This document shows positions 50,147 to 58,641 of a stretch of 63,765 bases of DNA, piece after piece. Location: NCBI GenBank assembly GCA_965541585.1, contig CBEUCH010000018.1, positions 1 to 63,765 on the forward strand, in the 5' to 3' direction. The notes under the pieces were generated by a model, which worked only from the letters and a program-made list of their open reading frames with translations, was not told the origin of the DNA and searched no databases. Origin of the DNA: an uncultured bacterium. GTDB taxonomy: Bacteria > Zixibacteria > MSB-5A5 > UBA10806. How positions within the stretch are numbered: the first letter of the stretch is position 1; each line of letters opens with the position of its first letter. A program made the translations under genes and the position numbers.

Positions 50147-51874
50147 ATGGCAACTATGAAAATACATATTGCGGGTAGCAAATCTATATCTCGTCACCTG
50201 CTCCTGGTATTATTATTCCTTTTAGTATCCGATAAAGGAGCCTACGCGCAATTATCTCCAGGAGAACTTCACAATTCTCACGCGAACCTCGAGGGTATAA
50301 AAAACTGTGAGAAATGTCACGAGACGGGCAAGCAGATAACCGGGAAAAAATGTCTAGAGTGTCATATATTTATTGCTGAGAATATTCAGTATGGTAAGGG
50401 ACTTCACGCAAATGAAGGTTTCGATGCATGCACGAACTGCCATGTTGAGCATCTGGGCAGAGAGTCTGAAATGATCTGGTGGAATGAGGGGATCGAAAAT
50501 TTCAATCATTCGCAAACCGGATATACTCTTCAGGGTAAGCATCAGGGAATATCTTGCCGCAGATGTCATAACAGCCAGAATATATACGAAGGAAATAGAA
50601 TTCTTGAAAGCGGCAAGGATCCTGACTTTACGTTTTTGGGACTTTCAAAAGCATGTATCCCCTGCCACCATGATGAGCACCGTGGCCAGCTCTCATCACA
50701 ATGCCTGAGATGTCACGTTATGGACGGATGGAAGACACCTGGAACGTTCGACCACAACAGCGCCAATTTCAAATTAACCGGTCGTCATCTTGAGACTGAT
50801 TGCAAAAAGTGTCATAAAACGGTAACCGATAGCCAGTATGAAGGTGATTCTGAATATGCCGTCTTCAAAAACGTTGACCATGAAAGTTGCGTGGATTGTC
50901 ATAGCGATTATCATAATGGGAAATTGGGCTCAGTATGCGAAAAATGCCATTCAACGTCGGGCTGGCGGGAGGTTAACAGGGCAGAATTCGATCATTCTAG
51001 AACTCGTTTTCCGCTGAAGGGTAAACATCTCGCTCTGTCGTGTATTAAATGCCACTTGAAAGGAAAGCCGGCTGCGGGATTGAGTTTTTCATTATGCACA
51101 GACTGCCATTCGGATTACCACTTGGGGCAATTTTCGGAAAGGGAAACAAAGGGAGAATGTAAAGAGTGTCATTCGGTTGAAGGTTTTTCGCCGTCCTTTG
51201 TTAATATTGAAATGCATAACCGCACCAAATATCCGTTGACCGGATCTCATCTGGCGGTTCCCTGCTTGTCCTGTCATAAAAAAATCGCGACAGCGAATAA
51301 TATTGAGACAATACAATTCAGGTATGAATCTACCAGATGTAATAACTGCCATGAAAATCCGCATAGAAAAGAAGTTGATAAATATATTGTAAAGGGAGAA
51401 TGCGAATATTGCCACGTTGAGGTGAGCTGGAGGGTGATCGGATTCGATCATGATCAAACGGAATTCAGGCTTTCTGGCGGCCATTCGAAGGTAAAATGTG
51501 GAGCATGCCACTGGAGCGGAGATTCAGAATCAGACAGGTCGGTCTTAAGGCTTTCCGGAGTGTCAAGATCATGCGAGAGTTGCCATCGTGATATTCACAA
51601 CAATCAATTTTCAGAAACACTAAATATGATAGCCGATTCGGGCGTAAGAGCAAGCTGCGAACGTTGCCATACGCCGGATCGTTGGTATCCGGATAATTTT
51701 GACCATGACAAAAGTTCCAGATTTAGACTCGAGGGTGCTCATCGGAAAACCGAGTGCCGGGCCTGTCACAAAAAGGTGGCGAGAAATAATGAAAGCATCG
51801 TATTATATAAGCCGCTTGGAACAGCGTGCAAAAGTTGTCACGCCTCCGGCACCTTGAAAGAAGATGGAAAATGA
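50147..51874 (+). CDS. Multiheme c-type cytochrome, 20 CxxCH
   Basis: 20 CxxCH motifs counted; signal peptide then QLSPGEL..H; start uncertain. Confidence 0.93.
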   Translation: MATMKIHIAGSKSISRHLLLVLLFLLVSDKGAYAQLSPGELHNSHANLEGIKNCEKCHETGKQITGKKCLECHIFIAENIQYGKGLHANEGFDACTNCHVEHLGRESEMIWWNEGIENFNHSQTGYTLQGKHQGISCRRCHNSQNIYEGNRILESGKDPDFTFLGLSKACIPCHHDEHRGQLSSQCLRCHVMDGWKTPGTFDHNSANFKLTGRHLETDCKKCHKTVTDSQYEGDSEYAVFKNVDHESCVDCHSDYHNGKLGSVCEKCHSTSGWREVNRAEFDHSRTRFPLKGKHLALSCIKCHLKGKPAAGLSFSLCTDCHSDYHLGQFSERETKGECKECHSVEGFSPSFVNIEMHNRTKYPLTGSHLAVPCLSCHKKIATANNIETIQFRYESTRCNNCHENPHRKEVDKYIVKGECEYCHVEVSWRVIGFDHDQTEFRLSGGHSKVKCGACHWSGDSESDRSVLRLSGVSRSCESCHRDIHNNQFSETLNMIADSGVRASCERCHTPDRWYPDNFDHDKSSRFRLEGAHRKTECRACHKKVARNNESIVLYKPLGTACKSCHASGTLKEDGK

Positions 51875-53997
51875 AGACTAATAGATACTTGGCATTATTT
51901 ATTATACTATGTGGCATTACTTTTTTGTCCCAGAGGATTATAAAGAGCGAGATCGGCAAAAACCCGCATGGAGAAATTAAATGGAATTGTCAGGATTGCC
52001 ATACTGTCGAATCGTGGGAGATACTGAAAAAACCTCTGGAGTTTTATCACGGTCAGACCGGTTTTTCATTGCTGGGCGCTCATAGGAATGTCAAGTGTAT
52101 TAACTGTCACAACCATCTTGAATTTTCTCATATCGGGGTCGAGTGCGCTGATTGTCATACGGACGTTCACAGGAATCAATTCGGTATTGACTGCGAAAAT
52201 TGTCACACTCCATTGGATTGGGTCGGGCGTCGCGATTTTCTTGAACAACACTCTCAACGTGGTTTTCCGCTACTGGGGGTTCATACTATCGCCGATTGCG
52301 ATGCCTGTCATATAAGGCAAGGCAGGGAGGAGTTCATTGGTACCCCCATCGATTGCGACGGCTGCCACGCGGATAATTTTATTGAGGCAAGAAATCCTGA
52401 TCATGCCAAAGCGGGTTTTGCCAGTGACTGTGAGGCTTGTCATATTCCCGTGGCATCAAGCTGGATGCAAACGAATTATCAGCATCCGGCGCCTTTTGTG
52501 ATCAAGGGAGCTCACGCAACAATTGAATGTGCCGACTGTCATCAGCAGATATATTCGGGTACTCCGGATTATTGTATAGGATGTCATGAGGATGATTTAG
52601 CAGGAACATCCGATCCTTCTCATGTTGCCCTTGGTTTCCCGACCGATTGCGAAATCTGCCATAGTGAATCGGGATGGGAAGGAGCACAGTTCGACCATAT
52701 CGCTGTGAGCGGATTTGAAATACTGGGGGCTCATGTATCGATAACATGCGTTGATTGCCATATCGACAATCAGCTGGATCTCCCGCGCGATTGTATCGGA
52801 TGCCACCGGACTGACTTTGAAAATGTCATCGATCCGGATCACATTTCAGGAGGATTTCCGGATGATTGCGTGTTCTGTCACAGCGATATCGCATGGAGTC
52901 CCGCGACTTTTAACCATGAGCAGACAGCGTTTCCGTTAACGGGAGCCCATAATTTTCTTGCCTGTGAAAATTGTCATCAAAACGGTCAATTCAGCGGTAC
53001 ACCCTTCGACTGTTATGATTGCCATAACGGCGATTATAACTCAGTTCAGGACCCGGATCATGCGGCAAACAATTTCGAAATCGATTGCACCCAATGCCAC
53101 ACTACCAATGGATGGACGCCGGTGACATTCAGTCATAATCAAACACAATTTCCTTTGACGGGGGCTCACATAGGATTGAATTGTATCCTGTGTCATGCGG
53201 ATGGCTACGATAACACACCAATCGATTGTTTTGCCTGCCACGAGGGCGATTACAATTCGGTAGAAGATCCTAACCATGTGACCAACAATTTCAGCACTGA
53301 TTGCACCGTCTGCCACACGACTGCAGGCTGGCTGCCGGTCTCGTTTAACCATAGCCAGACCCAGTTTCCATTGACCGGAGCTCATGTTTCTCTGGAATGC
53401 ATTCTATGTCACGCCGATGGGTACGATAATACACCCACCGATTGTTTCGCCTGCCACGAGGATGATTACAATTCTGTTCAGGATCCCAACCATGTGACAA
53501 ATAATTTCAGCACTGATTGCACCGTCTGCCACACGACGGATGGCTGGTCTCCCGCCAGTTTCGATCATAGCCAGACGCAATTTCCCCTGACCGGCGCTCA
53601 TATCGGTCTTGAATGTTTGGCCTGCCATTTTGACGGGTATGAGAATACGCCATCGGACTGTTACGCCTGCCATGAAGGGAACTACAATAATACGGTTGAT
53701 CCGAACCACCAGCTAATGGGATTTCCGATCGAATGCGAGATGTGTCACACAACAAGCAACTGGGGAACAGCCTGGAATCATGATTCTCAATATTTCCCAA
53801 TATTCTCTGGAAGACATCAGGGAGACTGGAACCTTTGCGCCGATTGCCACGTTATTCCTGATGTTTATGAGACGTTTGAATGCATTTTCTGCCACGCGCA
53901 CAATCAGCAAGATACCGATGAAACTCATCTTGAGGTCCCGGGCTACCTGTATAATAGCCAAGCCTGCTATGATTGCCATCCCGATGGCGAAGGCTGA
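51871..53997 (+). CDS. Multiheme c-type cytochrome, 28 CxxCH
   Basis: 28 CxxCH motifs counted; N-terminal hydrophobic leader; ATGA overlap with the upstream gene. Confidence 0.93.
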   Translation: MKTNRYLALFIILCGITFLSQRIIKSEIGKNPHGEIKWNCQDCHTVESWEILKKPLEFYHGQTGFSLLGAHRNVKCINCHNHLEFSHIGVECADCHTDVHRNQFGIDCENCHTPLDWVGRRDFLEQHSQRGFPLLGVHTIADCDACHIRQGREEFIGTPIDCDGCHADNFIEARNPDHAKAGFASDCEACHIPVASSWMQTNYQHPAPFVIKGAHATIECADCHQQIYSGTPDYCIGCHEDDLAGTSDPSHVALGFPTDCEICHSESGWEGAQFDHIAVSGFEILGAHVSITCVDCHIDNQLDLPRDCIGCHRTDFENVIDPDHISGGFPDDCVFCHSDIAWSPATFNHEQTAFPLTGAHNFLACENCHQNGQFSGTPFDCYDCHNGDYNSVQDPDHAANNFEIDCTQCHTTNGWTPVTFSHNQTQFPLTGAHIGLNCILCHADGYDNTPIDCFACHEGDYNSVEDPNHVTNNFSTDCTVCHTTAGWLPVSFNHSQTQFPLTGAHVSLECILCHADGYDNTPTDCFACHEDDYNSVQDPNHVTNNFSTDCTVCHTTDGWSPASFDHSQTQFPLTGAHIGLECLACHFDGYENTPSDCYACHEGNYNNTVDPNHQLMGFPIECEMCHTTSNWGTAWNHDSQYFPIFSGRHQGDWNLCADCHVIPDVYETFECIFCHAHNQQDTDETHLEVPGYLYNSQACYDCHPDGEG
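52910..53770 (+). repeat. Intragenic tandem repeat of about 216 bp (72-aa, 3-heme unit)
   Basis: ttcagcactgattgcaccgtctgccacacgac at 53290 and 53506; FxHxQTxFPLTGAH unit occurs four times; bounds approximate. Confidence 0.85.
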
Positions 53998-54043
53998 TAA
54001 TCTATTCTAATCGCCGATCATTGTCGATTCAAAGGTTTGAAGG

Positions 54044-55654
54044 ATGAATAAATTAATCGCGACTTCAATTTTGACAATGGTATGTATTGCTAATATATCG
54101 GCGTCGGAAAAGGATTTCTTCAGGGTTAAATATATATCGTCCGAACATGTTTATATAGATGCCGGCGTGAAAGAGGGTCTGGAAGCTGGAACCAGGCTAA
54201 TTATAATTGGCAGCGAGATAGAAGTGGCGGAAGTTGAGGTTGTCTACACCGCAGAGAACTCATCATCCTGTAAAATTATAAGCAAGGTCGCGGATATAAA
54301 TAAAGGCGATTTGGCAAAGCTTAAAACTCGATCCGGATCAGCTGTTAAAACGTCCCGCGATTCATTATCTGTCCTTAAAAGTGAATCGGGCGAAGTTCTG
54401 GAGGCCGATAGGAACACTATTGAAATCGAGAAATCGGCGAGGATTAGAGGGAACGTGGCCGTTGGTTTCTTAAGCTGGAATGACAGAAACTCAAGTGATC
54501 TCGATTTTCGACAGCCGTGGGTAAGGCTGAAGATAACAGCGAGTGATCTTTTGGGAAGCGGTTATTTTTTAAGGGCCCGGCTGCGCTCCAGGTACAACCA
54601 GAGATCGAAACGATTTTCAGCCAATGTTCCGGAAAATGAGTGGAGGAATAAGATCTACGAATTCTCGTTTGGCCGGGGCGGAGATTTTGATAACGGATTC
54701 AGAATCGGTCGTATCATTCCCAATAGCCTGAGCGGCACCGGATACATTGATGGGATATTAATTCAAAAGAGGTTGTCCAATTCATTTAGGGCGGGCGTTT
54801 TCGGAGGAACTCAACCTGAGTGGCAATACGCGCGTGTTCAATCGTCGATTCAAAAATATGGTTTATATCTATCCGTCAGAAAGAATACGCAGGACGGCTG
54901 GCGCTTTACGTCATCTCTGGCGCTTGTCGCTGAATATCATCTGTCCACCGTAAGTCGTGAATTCTTGCATTTTAAGAGTAGTATTAACCGTGATCGGTGG
55001 TTCAGCGTTTACCAGAGCATCGATGTTGATATCAATCGCTCATGGCGTATGGATAAAGCAAATGAGAAGCTTTCGATCTCGAATTATTATTTCTCTGCTC
55101 GATACCGATTTAATCCAAGAATTAGTGCAGGCCTGACATATGATAACAGGAAGAGGTACTGGACATATGAGATGCGATCTCTCGCCGATAGTCTTTTCGA
55201 CGATTTAACCAGACGTGGATTAAAAACCTCGTTGATTGTGAAACTCCCCGGCGACATTAATATGAACTCCAGCTACGGTTTTAGGATGAGGGAGGGAGAG
55301 CAAAAGGCTTCTAAATCATATTTCATACGCCTGAATAAGTCGAATATTCCGGCCGTTCATCTTAGTGCAGGGATTCAGGTATCGGTATTCTCCAATTTAT
55401 ACAGCGACGGCCTGAATTTATCCTACAATCTGGGGAAATATTTCAGGCGGGGAGATTACCTGAATTTGAATATTGGGTCCTACGAGTATAAATATGACGC
55501 GACAAATACGCGAAGATCGAGCAAATGGATACAGTTAAGAGCATATCTCCGTTTTATGCGATCCGCCTTCTTATCGGCAGAATTTCAGTCAAGTTCCGGC
55601 GACGATATCGAGGGCTATCGATTCATATCGGAGATCGGGTATAATTTCAGGTAA
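54044..55654 (+). CDS. Putative outer-membrane beta-barrel protein with a small N-terminal beta domain
   Basis: Signal peptide; alternating amphipathic strands; C-terminal EIGYNFR. Confidence 0.7.
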   Translation: MNKLIATSILTMVCIANISASEKDFFRVKYISSEHVYIDAGVKEGLEAGTRLIIIGSEIEVAEVEVVYTAENSSSCKIISKVADINKGDLAKLKTRSGSAVKTSRDSLSVLKSESGEVLEADRNTIEIEKSARIRGNVAVGFLSWNDRNSSDLDFRQPWVRLKITASDLLGSGYFLRARLRSRYNQRSKRFSANVPENEWRNKIYEFSFGRGGDFDNGFRIGRIIPNSLSGTGYIDGILIQKRLSNSFRAGVFGGTQPEWQYARVQSSIQKYGLYLSVRKNTQDGWRFTSSLALVAEYHLSTVSREFLHFKSSINRDRWFSVYQSIDVDINRSWRMDKANEKLSISNYYFSARYRFNPRISAGLTYDNRKRYWTYEMRSLADSLFDDLTRRGLKTSLIVKLPGDINMNSSYGFRMREGEQKASKSYFIRLNKSNIPAVHLSAGIQVSVFSNLYSDGLNLSYNLGKYFRRGDYLNLNIGSYEYKYDATNTRRSSKWIQLRAYLRFMRSAFLSAEFQSSSGDDIEGYRFISEIGYNFR

Positions 55655-55662
55655 TTCATACT

Positions 55663-56979
55663 ATGGAATCAATAATTATCTGGTTATCAGTGGCCGTAGT
55701 TTTTGCGGTGATATTCTTTCCATATTACCTGAAATTTCGCAAGAAACAGAAAGCGGACATCGAGAGAAAAAAGGAAGCGGAATCGATCGGTATCGGCAGG
55801 CCGAGATCGCAGTATCCTCTTGTAAATAACGCGGATTGCATAGGGTGCGGGTCGTGTGTCGAGGCTTGTCCTGAGGGCGACGTGCTCGGTGTTGTTTTTG
55901 GAAAAGCGGCGGTCATAAACGGGGACAGGTGCGTGGGACATGGGTATTGCGAACAGGTATGCCCGGTCGGAGCGTTGAATGTGGGCCTGGGAGATATTAA
56001 ACATCGCGACGATATCCCTGTATTAAATGAGTATAATGAATCGTCGGTACCCGGCTTATATATTGCGGGCGAGCTTGGAGGGATATCGCTTATCAGAAAC
56101 GCGATTTCTCAGGGTAAAATGGTGGTGAACAGGATTTCTGAAGTTATGAAAAAAAGCGGGGGAAGTGGAATTGATTATGATATAGCAATCGTGGGATGCG
56201 GACCCGCGGGGTTGAGCGCGTCTCTGACCGCGACGGAGAAAAAAATATCCTATATAGCTCTTGATCAGCAGAATCCTGGGGGGACCATTTTGCAATATCC
56301 CAGACAAAAACTTGTAATGACTCAGCCAGTGGATATTCCGCTTTACGGCAGACTTGATAATTCAGAATATTCCAAAGAACATCTTCTGGAAATATGGAAT
56401 TCCGTGATAGACAAGTTTGAACTTAATGTTAAGACGAAAATCAAAGTGGATAAAATCGATAATCAGAATTCCTTTTTCGCCATTGAAGCGGGCGATAGAT
56501 CGATCAAAGCGCGTAATATAATTTTAGCCATGGGGCGTCGCGGAATACCAAGAAAACTGGGGATACCCGGAGAGAATAAAAAGAAGGTGATGTACCAGCT
56601 TATTGACGCTCAATCTTACAATGATAATAATATACTGGTTGTTGGAGGAGGCGATAGCGCGATTGAATCTGCGATTGGTCTGGCTCGTCAGCCCGGAAAT
56701 AAAGTTTATCTCTCTTATAGAAAGAAAAAGCTTTTTAGAATTAAAAAGAAAAACGAAGAGAGGATAAACGAGCTGATCAGAAAAGGAGAAATAACGGCGA
56801 TATTTAACTCTAATGTCACTGAGATTAAAGATCAATCTGTTCTGATAGAGGAAAAAAATGAGATAATTGAAATTCCAAACGACTACATTTTCATTTTTGC
56901 GGGCGGGATACCGCCGTTTAAATTGCTGAAAGAGATGGGAATAGCGTTTGGCGGGGATGCAGTAAGTATGCTTGATTAG
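55663..56979 (+). CDS. Membrane-anchored 4Fe-4S ferredoxin fused to a thioredoxin-reductase-like FAD/NAD(P)H oxidoreductase
   Basis: N-terminal TM; CIGCGSCVEACP and CVGHGYCEQVCP; VGCGPAG; VVGGGDSA. Confidence 0.85.
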   Translation: MESIIIWLSVAVVFAVIFFPYYLKFRKKQKADIERKKEAESIGIGRPRSQYPLVNNADCIGCGSCVEACPEGDVLGVVFGKAAVINGDRCVGHGYCEQVCPVGALNVGLGDIKHRDDIPVLNEYNESSVPGLYIAGELGGISLIRNAISQGKMVVNRISEVMKKSGGSGIDYDIAIVGCGPAGLSASLTATEKKISYIALDQQNPGGTILQYPRQKLVMTQPVDIPLYGRLDNSEYSKEHLLEIWNSVIDKFELNVKTKIKVDKIDNQNSFFAIEAGDRSIKARNIILAMGRRGIPRKLGIPGENKKKVMYQLIDAQSYNDNNILVVGGGDSAIESAIGLARQPGNKVYLSYRKKKLFRIKKKNEERINELIRKGEITAIFNSNVTEIKDQSVLIEEKNEIIEIPNDYIFIFAGGIPPFKLLKEMGIAFGGDAVSMLD

Positions 56980-57061
56980 TTTGTACCATTCATAAGATAA
57001 AACATTGGTATCATCAACTGTATGGCAAACCGGTACGATCAAGCAACTATTGAAAGTCAAA

Positions 57062-57107
57062 TAGCGGCGCAGGGATTCGAACCCCGGATACGAGGAGATG
57101 ATTCCTC
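57062..57107 (-). tRNA. Degenerate 3' half of a CAT-anticodon tRNA (Met or Ile2), probable att remnant
   Basis: Minus strand gagga-atcatc-tcctc-gtatc-cgggg-ttcgaat-ccctg-cgccgct-a; 6-nt anticodon loop, no D arm, no CCA. Confidence 0.7.
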
Positions 57108-57182
57108 TGACCGCCTTTTTGCTAATCCGTTGAAAGAAAGTCTATTGCGCTGACACGCAAGGAATTACACCGAATCCGACCT

Positions 57183-57217
57183 ACACTTTTCGACACCAGA
57201 GAACACCGGAAAACACC
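57183..57217 (+). repeat. 10-bp-phased ACAC(C) direct repeats
   Basis: acac/acacc at 57183, 57193, 57203 and 57213. Confidence 0.6.
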
Positions 57218-57591
57218 ACAGATATACAACTCGTTGTTGACGTATTATTAACGTGGCTACTCGACGCCCCAGGATGTGCCTCCCGCAGCTGAATCTATTC
57301 AGTCACAAATAAACTTGATTTTGGCTACGATGGGAATAGCCTAAATGGGTATGATCATTTGGGCCAGATCAACAGGTTAAATTTAGATCCATAAATCCTA
57401 CACTAAAGCCAGGAGCACCCCTATCGAATCCAATATAGATAAAATGACCAGTGCTTATATTATGCCACTATGACAATTATTCGAAAAAGAGGTGGGGTTT
57501 AGCTCTTAAACCACAATGGGCCCCTATTATCTGGGTTCTAATCCCAGAGAGGCCGTTATCGCTCAATCACTTACAAAATATGCTACAAAAA

Positions 57592-57858
57592 CGGAGAGAC
57601 TGGGATTCTCCGACATAGGTCTAGCTAATCCCATACTATGCAATAAAATACGGGATAACTATAAGAATTTCAATAGTTTAGGTTTTGTGTTTGTTTGTGT
57701 CTGTTTTTGTCTGTTTTGGTGGTTGGTGGTCACAATATGGTCACAAAAGCGTTTCGCCAACATTTTATAGAGAGGCCAGATGACGACCCCATGCCATACA
57801 TGCCGAAAAAATGGATAGAGTCACGTTGAGACTTTAGACCGTGATTTTCGCATATACA
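57592..57858. repeat. att arm, copy 2 (homologous to 6803-7080)
   Basis: cggagagactgggattc core; aaatacgggataactataaga; tgtctgtttt repeats; tggtcacaatatggtcaca at 57727-57745; aaaagcgtttcgcca. Confidence 0.9.
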
Positions 57859-57995
57859 TCTCAAGCGTCCGTTTCCGACAAGTGGGGATTATCGGAAACG
57901 CTCCTGAGGCCATCCAAACCCGATGAAGTTCGTCTAAGGCCTGATTAGACGAACTCCTTTCTACACCTGGATCCTAGTCCTTTTTGAGGGCAACG

Positions 57996-58020
57996 AAAAA
58001 GCCCCGACCGAAGCCGGGGC
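57996..58020 (-). terminator. Intrinsic terminator after the DNRLRE-like gene
   Basis: Minus strand gccccgg-cttcgg-tcggggc hairpin followed by ttttt. Confidence 0.75.
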
Positions 58021-58059
58021 CTATTCCTTTCCATTCTGATCTCGATCCCAAGAAAAGAA

Positions 58060-58611
58060 CTATTGATCGAAATAAATCCTCACCGTGGCATAGGGAGAGT
58101 TCTGATTGCGACTATACCGGAAATAAGGAACCTCATCCGATGAGCAAAACAGAATCAGCCCATTATTGCTGATCCTTTCTTCCTTCCAGGCCGTGACGAT
58201 ATGTGTGATATCGAAATACGCATCCTGGTTGCCCTCGGCCGACGTGGCATAATGAGTGCCCTCGTCTGATATGACTTCTCTGCCCAGAGAATCACCTACG
58301 TCTTCCCATGATGTATTTTCGTCCCAGGATATTACCAGCGGGTGCATCAAAACCCTTAGAGCGGAGGAATCGGGAACATAACTCGTTAAAGGTATGAACA
58401 ATTCTGCGAAGAATAAATCCGCATTCGAGAGCTGTTCCGGGAGATTGAATCTAAGCAAAACTCGGGCATCCGTTGAATCGTCGTTGAGAAGGTATGCTCC
58501 AGTGGTGATATCTATATCAACTGAATCGATTGAACCCAGAGCGCATGAAGGTAACCACAGGGCAACGACAATCAACGAGATCAAGGATCTTTTTATGTTC
58601 TTTGAAAACAT
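58060..58611 (-). CDS. Secreted DNRLRE-domain-like protein
   Basis: Signal peptide; RVLLRFNL, SWDENTSW, FDITHIVTAW, NNGLIL. Confidence 0.7.
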   Translation of the reverse strand: MFSKNIKRSLISLIVVALWLPSCALGSIDSVDIDITTGAYLLNDDSTDARVLLRFNLPEQLSNADLFFAELFIPLTSYVPDSSALRVLMHPLVISWDENTSWEDVGDSLGREVISDEGTHYATSAEGNQDAYFDITHIVTAWKEERISNNGLILFCSSDEVPYFRYSRNQNSPYATVRIYFDQ

Positions 58612-58641
58612 GGCGTTATCTCCTTTCTGCTTGGGTCAATA

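Larger units (their letters stand above)
38534..57608. mobile_element. Probable second island (segment B, about 19 kb) between tRNA-Ser cores; no integrase inside
   Basis: cggagagactgggattc at both ends; aaatatgctacaa preceded by caatNacttaca just inside both ends (38601-38613, 57576-57588). Confidence 0.6.

Noticed and set aside
57516..57770. 84-aa ORF across the att arm
   Set aside because: Overlaps the repeat and core; its low-complexity translation comes from the tgtttt repeats
57915..57960. Hammerhead ribozyme (ccgatga...gaac)
   Set aside because: The core deviates from CUGANGA/GAAA and stems I and III cannot be built
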